Source: an uncultured delta proteobacterium | GTDB taxonomy: Bacteria; Myxococcota_A; Polyangia; Haliangiales; Haliangiaceae | Length of the DNA stretch: 64,000 nt | Direction of reading: 5' to 3' | NCBI GenBank assembly: GCA_963743525.1 | Contig: CAVUQH010000004.1 | Location: 288,001-352,000 of the forward strand | Shown: positions 46,118 through 60,843 of the stretch, one piece after another | Layout: each line of letters begins with the position of its first letter | Numbering within the stretch: the first letter of the stretch is position 1 | Notes under the pieces: model-generated | Database searches by the model: none | What the model saw: the letters and a program-made list of their open reading frames with translations, nothing else | Told to the model about the DNA's origin: nothing | Position numbers and translations under genes: made by a program

Positions 46118-47793
46118 CTACTTCGGCATCAAGATCAGCGCTTCGCGCGGCGGAATCGACAGTGCCACCGTGCCGTCCGCGTCAACGGTCACCGCCCGCG
46201 CGCCGTCGGTCAGCCGGTCGAACCAGCTCCGTGCCCGGGTCGAAGCCGGTCGGCACCCGCGTCTCGGCGCGGTCGGTCGGATGACCGTTGACCGCAACCA
46301 GCACCCGGTCGTGGGCGGTGAATCGTTCCCACGCCAGCAGCCCGGCGCCCGGACCGTGGTCGCGCGCGCTGATGTCGCTGGCGTAGACGACGCGCAGCTG
46401 ACCGCGGCGCAGCGCGGTGGACGCGCGGCGAATCTTGGCCAGCCTGGCGATGTAGCGGAACGTGTGGCCGTCCTCGCGGAAGCCGCTCTGCCACATCACC
46501 TCGCGCGAGGCGTTGCCCCAACCGCCGGAGAAATCCTGCTCGGTGCCGTAGTAGACGGCGGGGATGGCATCGACGGTAAAGATCACCGTCATCGCCAGGT
46601 CGGACACGTACGGGTCGTCGATCCAGTAGCGCAGCCGCGGGATGTCGTGGTTGTCGGCGAACGCCACCCGCGCCTGCCACGGCGATAGGCCGATGCCGTA
46701 CGGCTGCGCCTGCGTCGGGTAGTACTGGCGGTAGCTTTCCAGCGCCGGCGCCGCGTCGGCGGCGGCAAAGCCGTCGAGGATGAAGCTCTCGATCACCTGG
46801 CCCTCGAGAGAGAAGTCGAACACCGAGTCGAGACCGCCGGAGACGGTGTAGCCGGCCAGCCGCGTCGGGTCGCCGTCGAACACCTCGCCGAGGAGCAAGA
46901 ACCTGTCCTTGCCCATGGTCGCCAGCCGCTCGCGCAGCTCGCCGGCGAACTGGCTCCAGAAGCCGTGCGGCGCGTGGGGCACCGCGTCCAGGCGGAAACC
47001 GTCGAACGTCGGTCAGCGCCACCCAGCGGGCGTAGGTGTCGACCATCGCCTGGACCACCGCCGGGTTCTCGGTGTCGAGATCGCGGAGGCCGGTGGGGAA
47101 GTCGCCCAGCTCCTTCTGATCCTGTGATCCGTCGCTGAACTGGCCGCGGCGGTGAAAGTCGTCCGGCCCCAGCGCGCGGGTCTCGCCGTCGTCGCCGACG
47201 AACACCTGCGGCGGATCGACCAACCAGCCCAGCGGCGCGTCGTACGGCCCGTCGGCGGAGAACGGCGGCTCGGACTCGCCGGGGTCCATGGTGCCGTCGC
47301 CGTCGAAGTCGTAGTAGAAGACGCGGCCGGCGTGGTTGGCGACGATATCGACGATCACCTTCATGCCGCGGATGTGGGCGTCGTCAACCAGGCCGCGCAG
47401 GTCGTCGAGGGTGCCGAAGTGCGGGTTGGTCCGGGTGAAGTCGGAGGCCCAGTAGCCGTGGTAGCCGTCCTGGTAGTCGGTGCGCTCGATGTTGTCGACC
47501 ACCGGAGAGATCCACAGCGTGGTCACGCCGAGCCGCTGCAAGTAGCCCAGGCGCCGGCGCAGACCGGCCCAGTCGCCGCCCTGCCAACGCGCGAGGTCAC
47601 CCGGCCTGGTGCCGATGGAGCCGACCCGGTCGTTGCTGGGGTCGCCGTTGTCGAAGCGGTCGACGATGACCTCGTAGATCACCTCGTCGCGCCAGTCGTC
47701 GACGTGGGTCGCGATCGGCGGCGCGTCGCCCACCGCACACGCCGCCAGCGAAGCCAGCACCGGCAAGAACAACGCCGCGCGCCGGCCGAGCAT
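46118..47793 (-). CDS. GH13 alpha-amylase family lipoprotein (two +1 frameshifts, at about 47005 and 46221)
   Basis: Lipobox LAAC; DRF.NGD, YHGYW, DIVANH, repaired VDGFRLDAVPH, LLGE, DNHD, YYGTEQ; repaired C-terminus ..REALILMPK*. Confidence 0.88.
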
Positions 47794-47796
47794 CGC

Positions 47797-48336
47797 CTAG
47801 TTCACGCCCCCGCAGGTATCGATGACGCTGTTCACGCCACCGAAGCCGTCGTCCTCGGTCGTCGGGTTGTCGGGGTCGGCGATCCAGGTGGTGCCGTCGA
47901 TGACGAACTTGTAGATGTGGTGGCCCGAGCCGATCTGGCCGCTGCGCGTCCACTGGTCGCTGCCCGACTTGGTCATCTGCCAGGCGCCGGCCGCCACGGT
48001 CGTGGCCCAGCTGGTGAAGTCGCCGGTCACCCAGACCGACGACGCGGTGGCGTTGGTGTAGTGGAAGGTCACCAGGTCGCACGGCGGCGCGGCGTCGGGC
48101 AGCTGGGCGTCGGGCACCGCGGCGTCGGCCAGCGAGCCGGTGCCGCTGTTGCCGCCACAGCCCACGCCGCTGGCGCCACCGCCCGAGGTGCCGCTGGCGC
48201 CGCCGCCACAACCACCGGCGTCGCGGAAGCCGGGGTACGGCGGAGCATCGGTGGTCTGATAGCCCCCCGCGTCGGGGGAGCTGCCGTTGCTCAGGAGGCA
48301 TCCCGAGAGGAGAACGACCAGCGGCAGGAGGCGCAT
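47797..48336 (-). CDS. Stand-alone CBM48/AMPK-type glycogen-binding lipoprotein
   Basis: Lipobox LSGC; Gly-rich linker; VWVTGDFTSW..YKFVIDG.TW.ADP. Confidence 0.82.
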   Translation of the reverse strand: MRLLPLVVLLSGCLLSNGSSPDAGGYQTTDAPPYPGFRDAGGCGGGASGTSGGGASGVGCGGNSGTGSLADAAVPDAQLPDAAPPCDLVTFHYTNATASSVWVTGDFTSWATTVAAGAWQMTKSGSDQWTRSGQIGSGHHIYKFVIDGTTWIADPDNPTTEDDGFGGVNSVIDTCGGVN

Positions 48337-48348
48337 GTGGCAGGAGTT

Positions 48349-48370
48349 ATCAAGGGATATGCCAGCTCCG
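48349..48370 (-). promoter_or_regulatory. Putative sigma54-like promoter (variant -12)
   Basis: CGGAGCTGGCAT-ATCCC-TTGAT; shares CGGAGCTGGCA-N6-TTGA with 33229-33249. Confidence 0.5.
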
Positions 48371-48433
48371 CGGCACCGGCTTCGCGCCCTTGGCGGCCCC
48401 GGCTGTGCCAACTCGGCGCGCGCCTGGCCCCAC

Positions 48434-48454
48434 CGCGTTGCCGATCGCAACGCG
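48434..48454. promoter_or_regulatory. Palindrome with arms identical to 45360-45380
   Basis: CGCGTTGC-CGATC-GCAACGCG. Confidence 0.55.
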
Positions 48455-48465
48455 CCGGCGAGCGC

Positions 48466-48858
48466 CTACTTGGCCGCGGCCAGTGGTTTGGGACAGCCGG
48501 CCAGCTCCTGCCGGCTGCGCGCTCGGAGGATGCAGTTGCCCTCGTCCCGGGTCAAGCGCAGCGACTTGCACGCCGCGACCGCCCTGCCCTCGAACGCCTC
48601 GCGCTGCTCTTTGGGCGCGTAGTTCGACAGCGTCAGGTAGCCGACCTTGCGCGCCACCTGCACGCAGTCGGCGGGCGGCGGACGCACGCACAGATCGCTG
48701 AGACAGATCAGACCGTCGTTGCAGGTGCCGTTGCCGTAGCACGCCCCGCGCTCGCTACCGGCCGCCGGCGCGGCGTTGCTCGGGTCCTTGGCGCACGCGC
48801 CACTGATCAACGCGGCGACCAGGACCAGTAGCCTGCCGAGAAACCCGATCGATCTCAT
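48466..48858 (-). CDS. Small Cys-rich lipoprotein
   Basis: Lipobox SGAC; CYGNGTCNDGLICLSDLC. Confidence 0.75.
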   Translation of the reverse strand: MRSIGFLGRLLVLVAALISGACAKDPSNAAPAAGSERGACYGNGTCNDGLICLSDLCVRPPPADCVQVARKVGYLTLSNYAPKEQREAFEGRAVAACKSLRLTRDEGNCILRARSRQELAGCPKPLAAAK

Positions 48859-48944
48859 GCCCCCGATGAAATGGTAGCCCCCCGCGCGCCGTCCGGTAAG
48901 GGTCCGGCACGCGGATTCCCACCGGTGGTATTCTCCCGGGTCGG

Positions 48945-51419
48945 GTGCTGTCGCTGGGGCAAAGGGGGCGGAAGCTGGCGGGCGCTGCGCTCGTCGGTCT
49001 GGGAGTCGGTGTGGTCGCAGCGGTGCTGGCCGCCGCGCGCCCGGCGATGCTCGAGCGCGGGGAGATGCCCACCTACGACTGGCGCGTGCGTCTGGCCGCA
49101 GACCCGTCAGAGGCCTCGGATCGCATCATCGTGGTCGATATCGGTGACGATGACCTGGCCAATGTCGAAGCGCTGATGGGCCTCACCTGGCCGTGGCCGC
49201 GCGAGCTGTTCGGCTACCTGAGCGACTACGCGACCAAGAGCGGGGCCAACGCGGTGCTGCTCGACTGGATCTTCCAGGACCGCGGCGTCTGGGGCGTCAA
49301 CGACCTGGTCGGCTTTGCCGACACCATCCGCGAAGACGGCAGGACCGTGGTCGGCATGGTCACCCAGTGGCGCAAGAACGAGGCCTCGGGGGCCACCGAG
49401 GACAAGCGCTGGCTGGCGCGGGTCGCCGAGCTCCCGGATCGCCAGGCGGCCACCCGAGCCGGCGTGCGCCTGCTGGCGTGGAACGCCCGCGTCTACTGGA
49501 AGGGCGATGGGCCGGTCACCCTGTACGTCGCCGGCGGTTCGTCGGACAAGGCGCTCGAGGCGTGGATGCGGCTGTCGTCGATCGAGGAGCTGGCCGAGGT
49601 ATTCGGCGTCGAAGATCCGGACGCCGCTCCGCCCGAGCCGCCGCAACCGATCGCGGCCGCCAGCTCCGGTGCCACCGAGCTGACGTCGGCCGCCATCGTG
49701 CGCCAGCGGTTCGCCCTCGACGTGCCCGGCGCCGCCGACCGCTCGCTGCCCGACGTGGTCAACCTGCCGCCGATCGCCATCATCGCCGCGGCGGCACCGG
49801 GCATCGGCAGCGTGTCGCAGCAAAACGACCCCGACGGCGTGGTCCGGCGCCACGCCTTCTTCCTCCGCAAGGGCGGCAAGGTCTATCCGTCGCTGCCGAT
49901 GGCCGGCTTCCTCCTGGCCCACCCGGACGCCGCGCCGCACTTCGACGGCGACGAGCTGGTGGTCGCCGGGCGGCGGTTGCCGGTCGGTGACGACGGGCGA
50001 ATCGTGCTGCGCTACCACGGCCGGCGCGTCTTCCGACACATCCCGGCGTGGGACATCCTGGCGTCGGTGCAACGCCAGGCCGAGGGCAAGCCGCCGGTGA
50101 TCCCGCCCGAGACGTTCAAGGATCATTTCGTCATCGTCTCGGCCAGCGCGCGTGCCCTGCGCGACGTCACGGTGACGCCGGTCGACGAGCGGCAGCTGGG
50201 CGCCACGGTCAACGCGCTGGCGCTGGACAACCTGCTCAGCGGCGAGGTGGTGCGCCGCAGCGGCCGCGGCACCGATGCGGTGATCGCCCTGCTCTTCGCC
50301 CTGCTGTCGGCGCTGGCGGTGGTCGGCGTGTCGCTGCTGGCGCCGTCGTCGTTCAAGGGCTTCCTGCTGACGGCGCTGGCCTCGGCGCTGCTGGTCGGCG
50401 TCTATCTGTGGCTGTGCGTCTACCTGATGGGCGGCCAGCGGTTGTGGCTGGCGCTGTTCGTTCCCACCGGCGGCGCGGTCGTGTCGATGATCGGCGCCCT
50501 GCTGCTGTCGGCCACCCTCGAGCGCAAGGACCGCCGCTTCGTCCAGGAGGCACTGGGCCGCTACACCTCGCGCGAGCTGGTCAACGAGCTGGTCGCGCAC
50601 CCGGAGAAGCTGTCGCTCGAATGGGGTGAGCGCCGCCGCATGTCGGTCTATTTCTCGGACATCGCCGGTTTCACCAACATCAGCGAGGCGATCGAGCCGG
50701 AGCAGCTGGTCGCGCTGCTCAACGATTACCTGACGCAGATGACCGAGATCGTGCTGGGCAGCCGCGGCGTGGTCGACAAATACATCGGCGACGCGGTCAT
50801 GGCCTTCTGGGGCGCACCGCTCGACGCCAAGGATCACGCCCGCCGCGCGGTGCTGGCCGCGCTGGAGATGCGCGCGCGCTGCGACGAGATGCGCCCGGTG
50901 TGGAAGGAGCGCTTCGGCCACGAAGTCTTCGCCCGCGCCGGCATCAACACCGGCGACGCCATCGCCGGCAACATGGGCTCGGCGCACAAGTACAACTACA
51001 CGGTCATGGGCGACATGGTGAACCTGGCATCGCGCCTCGAGGGCGCCAACAAGGCCTACGGCACCTACCTGATGATCAGCGAGAGCACCATGGTCGAGAT
51101 CGGTGACGACGTGGTCGAAGCGCGCGAGCTCGACTCGCTGGCGGTCAAGGGCAAGAACGAGCCGGTGCGCGTGTTCGAGGTGCTGGGGCGAAAGGGCGAG
51201 GTCGACGAGGGCGTCCTCGCCTGTGCCCGCACCTTCGAGGACGGCCTGGCCCGCTACCGCCAGCGCGACTTCGCCGGCGCCATCGAGGCGTTCGAGGCCG
51301 CCCTGGAAGCCCATCCCGGAGACGAGCCGGCCCAGCGGTTCATCGACCGCTGCCGGCATTTCCTGGACGATCCGCCCGCGGAAGATTGGGACGGCGTCTG
51401 GCGTATGAAGGAGAAGTGA
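48945..51419 (+). CDS. CHASE2-domain class III adenylate/guanylate cyclase with C-terminal TPR
   Basis: VDIGD..WPWPR, DPDGVVR, three TMs, FSDIAGFT, DKYIGDAVM, YTVMGD.VNLASRLEG. Confidence 0.93.
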   Translation: MLSLGQRGRKLAGAALVGLGVGVVAAVLAAARPAMLERGEMPTYDWRVRLAADPSEASDRIIVVDIGDDDLANVEALMGLTWPWPRELFGYLSDYATKSGANAVLLDWIFQDRGVWGVNDLVGFADTIREDGRTVVGMVTQWRKNEASGATEDKRWLARVAELPDRQAATRAGVRLLAWNARVYWKGDGPVTLYVAGGSSDKALEAWMRLSSIEELAEVFGVEDPDAAPPEPPQPIAAASSGATELTSAAIVRQRFALDVPGAADRSLPDVVNLPPIAIIAAAAPGIGSVSQQNDPDGVVRRHAFFLRKGGKVYPSLPMAGFLLAHPDAAPHFDGDELVVAGRRLPVGDDGRIVLRYHGRRVFRHIPAWDILASVQRQAEGKPPVIPPETFKDHFVIVSASARALRDVTVTPVDERQLGATVNALALDNLLSGEVVRRSGRGTDAVIALLFALLSALAVVGVSLLAPSSFKGFLLTALASALLVGVYLWLCVYLMGGQRLWLALFVPTGGAVVSMIGALLLSATLERKDRRFVQEALGRYTSRELVNELVAHPEKLSLEWGERRRMSVYFSDIAGFTNISEAIEPEQLVALLNDYLTQMTEIVLGSRGVVDKYIGDAVMAFWGAPLDAKDHARRAVLAALEMRARCDEMRPVWKERFGHEVFARAGINTGDAIAGNMGSAHKYNYTVMGDMVNLASRLEGANKAYGTYLMISESTMVEIGDDVVEARELDSLAVKGKNEPVRVFEVLGRKGEVDEGVLACARTFEDGLARYRQRDFAGAIEAFEAALEAHPGDEPAQRFIDRCRHFLDDPPAEDWDGVWRMKEK

Positions 51420-51913
51420 TGACCAGGAAGATGATCCTCGCCGCCGCGGCCCTGGCTGCGGCCCTGCTCGTGACCAGTCACCTGCGCGCCGCGCCCAAGA
51501 AGGGAGCGACGATCACCGTTCGGGTGCTGTCGGCCAAGGTAATGGACAACCCGAAGTTCATCGGCAAGACCGTGGCCCAGGTATCGCGCGGCGCTTACCT
51601 GACCTACCAGGACAAGAAGAACGGCTGGTATCAGGTGCAGACCGCCGACGGCAAGACCGGCTGGATCCACAAGTCGGCGGTGCTGGAGAAGAAGGTCCAG
51701 CTGTCGAGCAAGATGGGCCAGGCCGGCAGCGGCGCCTCGCAGGAGGAGATCGAGCTGGCCGGCCGCGGCTTCACCAAGGACGTCGAGGAGAAGTACCGCT
51801 CCGAGCACGGCGACCTCGACTTCTCGCACGTTAACAACATCGAGGCGCTGCAGATGGACTCGGAGACGGTCGCCCGGTTCGCGGCGGCCGGCCAGGTCGG
51901 AGGTGGCCAGTGA
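51419..51913 (+). CDS. Exported SH3b-domain protein
   Basis: Signal peptide; KNGWYQV...GKTGWI; coupled to both neighbours. Confidence 0.8.
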   Translation: MTRKMILAAAALAAALLVTSHLRAAPKKGATITVRVLSAKVMDNPKFIGKTVAQVSRGAYLTYQDKKNGWYQVQTADGKTGWIHKSAVLEKKVQLSSKMGQAGSGASQEEIELAGRGFTKDVEEKYRSEHGDLDFSHVNNIEALQMDSETVARFAAAGQVGGGQ

Positions 51914-52887
51914 AGCGCGCGGGGCTGGTGGCGCTGGTGGCGTGCGCAGCGCTGCCGCTGGGATCGTGCGGGTTCGTCAAGAGCCACGTGACGATGTCGG
52001 GCAACGTCGTCGACGCGGCCAAGAAGATCAACGACCTGCGCAAAGACCTGACGCCGGAGAACGAGTACTACGTCGGCCGGTCGGTGGCGACCAACATCCT
52101 GGCCAAGAACGACTACCGCTACGTCGGTGCCGACCAGATCGCCCAGGGGCACATGGACCCGCTCACCGACTACGTCAACGAGGTCGGCCAGGTGGTGGTG
52201 GCGGCCGCGCTCGAGACCAGCCACAAGGGCGACCGGCCGGCGCCGCTGGCCGGCTGGCACTTCATCATTCTCGACAGCGACACCATCAACGCCACGTCGG
52301 CGCCCGGTGGCTTCGTCTTCATCACCCGCGCGGCCATCGACCTGGCCCGGTCCGAAGACGAGCTGGCCGCCGTGCTCGCCCACGAGGTCGCGCACGTGGT
52401 CCGCGGGCACGCGCTGGGAACGATCAAGAAGTCGCGCTGGGCGGGCATGTCCAAGGAGCTTCTCGACTCGTCGGTGCAGATCGACGCGCAAGGCGTCAAC
52501 AAGCTGACCGACCTCCTCGACGGCGGCATCGACGACATGATCGACGCGATGTTCGTCAAAGGCTACTCACGCGACACCGAGTTCGAGGCCGACAAGCGCG
52601 GCTTCGAGATCATGAAGCGCGCCGGCTACGACCCCGGCGCGATGATCGCCTACCTGCAGCGGCTGGGGCAGCACCAGGACACCGGCAAGGGTGGCTTCTA
52701 CGACACCCACCCGAAGGCCAGCGATCGCATCGCGCGGCTGAAGAAGAAGTTGCCCGAGCACCGGCCGCAGGTGCCGCAGGTGCGCATCGCGCGCTTCCGC
52801 GCGGCGATGACGCCTCCGCCGCAGCCACAGCAACCCGACGACCAGCCGGCCGACCAGCCCGACGACCAGCCGGGCGACGCGGGCTAG
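51910..52887 (+). CDS. M48 family metallopeptidase lipoprotein
   Basis: INA.SAPGG.VF, EDELAAVLAHEVAH, YSRD.E.EAD, THP..DRI. Confidence 0.92.
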   Translation: MKRAGLVALVACAALPLGSCGFVKSHVTMSGNVVDAAKKINDLRKDLTPENEYYVGRSVATNILAKNDYRYVGADQIAQGHMDPLTDYVNEVGQVVVAAALETSHKGDRPAPLAGWHFIILDSDTINATSAPGGFVFITRAAIDLARSEDELAAVLAHEVAHVVRGHALGTIKKSRWAGMSKELLDSSVQIDAQGVNKLTDLLDGGIDDMIDAMFVKGYSRDTEFEADKRGFEIMKRAGYDPGAMIAYLQRLGQHQDTGKGGFYDTHPKASDRIARLKKKLPEHRPQVPQVRIARFRAAMTPPPQPQQPDDQPADQPDDQPGDAG

Positions 52888-53519
52888 ACCTCGCCGGGCG
52901 CGACTTCGTCGGTGTTGGGACGGGCAGCGATGACCACCTTCTCCATGCCGGGGTGGGCAGCGCGCTCCTCGTCGCTCATCGTCGCGGCGTCGAGTTGCCC
53001 CAGACGATCGACCTCGGCCAGCGCGTTGTAGCCGCCGATGAAGTGACCGCGAAGGTAGACGTAGGGCACCGTGTTCTGCTTGGTCTCGACAATCAGCGGC
53101 GTGTCGAGGCCGCCGTTGTCCTCGTCGTCCATGTCGATGAAGTCGTAGTCGACCTTGCGGTCTTCCAGCAGACGAATCGCCCGGCCGGTCCACGGGCAGG
53201 AGCTGCGGCCGTAGATCTGCGCGGCCACACCCGCATCACCCAGACCCTTCTTCTTGCTCTTCGCGGCGGCCGGTGCCGACGCGTCGACCGGCGCCTCCGC
53301 GCGCGCGGCGCCCGGCTTGCGCAGCTCGATGCCGTGATCCTTGTTGCCGCGCAGCCGCTGCAGCTTGGCCACCAGGCGCTGGGCCCGCTCGGACTCCTGA
53401 TAGCGGGCGAGCAGCTTGTCGCGCAGCTCACCGCCGATCACGTCGGCCTTGTTCAGGGTTTCGGACACCAGCCCCAGGAAGTTGCGACCGCTCTTCGGCG
53501 TCTCGGACATCTCACTCAT
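52884..53519 (-). CDS. Monothiol glutaredoxin-domain protein
   Basis: IYGRSSCPWT, TVPYVY, IGGY. Confidence 0.85.
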   Translation of the reverse strand: MSEMSETPKSGRNFLGLVSETLNKADVIGGELRDKLLARYQESERAQRLVAKLQRLRGNKDHGIELRKPGAARAEAPVDASAPAAAKSKKKGLGDAGVAAQIYGRSSCPWTGRAIRLLEDRKVDYDFIDMDDEDNGGLDTPLIVETKQNTVPYVYLRGHFIGGYNALAEVDRLGQLDAATMSDEERAAHPGMEKVVIAARPNTDEVAPGEV

Positions 53520-53595
53520 GGTCGCACACATATAAGGAGTAACCGGCCCGGGGACAAGCCCCGATTTCGCCAGCAAATGTGTATTCTTGGCCGGA

Positions 53596-54207
53596 ATGAG
53601 CAATTGGCTCGACCTCGAGGCGTGGGACCTGCCCACCCTGCGCACCGCCTGGCAGGAGGCCGGACCGTTCGCCCACGTGGTCATCGACGGCGCCGTGCCG
53701 GAGGAGACGCGCAGGGCGCTGCTGGAGGCCGCAGGCGACGAGCCGTGTGACCTGATCCGCGACCCGATCTTCACCATGTACGCCAGCGAGCCCGGCGTCC
53801 TGGAGGCTCCGGCGCTGGCCGCTGTGCGCGACGCCATGGGCAGCCCGGCAGGCCTCGGCGCCATCTCCGAGATCACCGGCCGCCCCCTGGGACGGGTCGA
53901 CATGCGCGCCTTCGCCTACCATCCCGGTCACTTCCTCCTGCCGCACACCGACCACGACGCCGACGCCGAGCGTCTGGTCGCCTACGCCCTCTACCTCGAT
54001 ACCCCGGAGCCGCCCACCGGGGGCGAGCTCGACCTGTTCGACTGCCGCGTCGAGGACGGCGAGATCGTCGCCACCGAGGTCGCGCACACCATCGAGCCGG
54101 CGCCCAACCGACTGGTGATGTTCGAGGTCGGCCCGACCACGCTCCACCAGGTGCGCGAGGTCACCGCCGGCATTCGCCTGTCGCTGGCGGGGTGGTTCTA
54201 CGCATGA
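53596..54207 (+). CDS. 2OG-Fe(II) oxygenase (prolyl-hydroxylase-like)
   Basis: PF.HVVID, LLPHTD, GGELDLF, P..NRLV.F, LHQV, RLSLAGWF. Confidence 0.9.
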   Translation: MSNWLDLEAWDLPTLRTAWQEAGPFAHVVIDGAVPEETRRALLEAAGDEPCDLIRDPIFTMYASEPGVLEAPALAAVRDAMGSPAGLGAISEITGRPLGRVDMRAFAYHPGHFLLPHTDHDADAERLVAYALYLDTPEPPTGGELDLFDCRVEDGEIVATEVAHTIEPAPNRLVMFEVGPTTLHQVREVTAGIRLSLAGWFYA

Positions 54208-54755
54208 TGCTGCAGGCGATGGAGGCCGCGCGCCTGCGCACGGCCTGGAGCGCAACCTCGCGCCCCGCGGTGGTCTCCCTCGGCTTCGTGCGCGGCGCCG
54301 ACAGCGCCCGCGTCCGCGGCAGCGTGGAAGCCATGGCGCCCGACGAGCGCTGGCTGGCCCACCGCGGTCGCTACGCCAGCGCCGCCGAGCACGAGGTGCC
54401 CGACATCGTCCGCGCCTGCCGCGCCGCCGCCGAGAGCGTCACCGGCGAGACGCTGGCGGTCGAGCGCGTCCGCGTGCTCCGCTTCGGGCCGCGCGGCTAC
54501 CAGCTGCTGGCCGACGATCCGCCGACCCCCGAGCGCTGCATCGAGGTCACCCTCGACGCGTCGGAGACCGCGAGCGGCGGAGCCGAGCTGATCTACTGCG
54601 CCAAGGGGCAGCCGTATTTCGTCGTCACCCAGCGGCCCGGCGCGCTGTCGATCGTCGAGCGGCGCCCGGACACCCAGCGCTACGTCCGCTACCTCGACCA
54701 CACGTTGGGCGAGGCGCGCGTCTACCGGCTCGAGCTGCTGCTGACCCCGGCCTAG
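54204..54755 (+). CDS. Degenerate 2OG-oxygenase-fold protein
   Basis: ATGA-coupled; DSBH-like strands (GG..LIY, PGALSIV) but no HxD/H ligands. Confidence 0.6.
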   Translation: MMLQAMEAARLRTAWSATSRPAVVSLGFVRGADSARVRGSVEAMAPDERWLAHRGRYASAAEHEVPDIVRACRAAAESVTGETLAVERVRVLRFGPRGYQLLADDPPTPERCIEVTLDASETASGGAELIYCAKGQPYFVVTQRPGALSIVERRPDTQRYVRYLDHTLGEARVYRLELLLTPA

Positions 54756-55219
54756 CCGAAGACCAGCTCGCGCAGCTTGCCGCTGTTGTTGAGGTCGATC
54801 AGCTCGTTCATGCCGCCGACGCACTCGCCGCCGATGAACACCACCGGCAGCTCGCGGCCGTCGCTCTCGCGCTGCACCGCCTCGATCGACGGCAGATCGC
54901 CCTCGACGTTGCGCAGGTCGTAGGGAATTTCGGCGGCCTGCAGCACCTGGCGCAGCTTCTTGAGCCGCGACACGTGGCGGTCGGTGTGGAACAGGACCAC
55001 CGGCGCCGGCTCGCGCGCCGCCGCCGCGCGCGCGGCGTCACCGGCGTTACTCGACTCCCAGGAGCGCCGCTCCGCCAGCTCCTGATCGGAAGCCAGCGGG
55101 CGGCCGACCGCCTCGTTGACCCGCAGCGCCGCGCGCTTGGCGAGGGCTACGGGGCCGAGGCGGTCGCCGCGGCGGGAGGTGAGCAGGCCGTAGGCCTTGC
55201 TGCGCAGCGACCGGGTCAT
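54752..55219 (-). CDS. Glutaredoxin-like protein lacking the active-site Cys
   Basis: PVVLFH, LPVVFIGGECVGG..EL....GKL. Confidence 0.78.
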   Translation of the reverse strand: MTRSLRSKAYGLLTSRRGDRLGPVALAKRAALRVNEAVGRPLASDQELAERRSWESSNAGDAARAAAAREPAPVVLFHTDRHVSRLKKLRQVLQAAEIPYDLRNVEGDLPSIEAVQRESDGRELPVVFIGGECVGGMNELIDLNNSGKLRELVFG

Positions 55220-55225
55220 GACCGG

Positions 55226-57058
<1,833 letters not shown>

Positions 57059-57081
57059 CTACGTGAGCTCCTTAGCCTCGG

Positions 57082-60678
<3,597 letters not shown>

Positions 60679-60723
60679 TCGGGGACCTCGTTCTTGGCCT
60701 GGGGTCAGCTCCACTAACGGAGC

Positions 60724-60766
60724 TAGACTGACGTGTCAGTCTAAACATGAGACTGACATGTCAGTC
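60724..60766. promoter_or_regulatory. Two palindromic operators (probably TetR)
   Basis: TAGACTGAC-GT-GTCAGTCTA and GACTGACATGTCAGTC. Confidence 0.78.
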
Positions 60767-60843
60767 CAGTCTTTGCTGGTGGCAAACGTCCGCCGAGCGG
60801 TCCAACCAATTCCGCAGCCTAGAGGTGCGAAAGGTAATCCCCG

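Noticed and set aside
46118..47793. Programmed frameshifting or a true pseudogene
   Set aside because: No slippery sequence; lesions are single extra bases in GTCGAC; catalytic motifs are intact.
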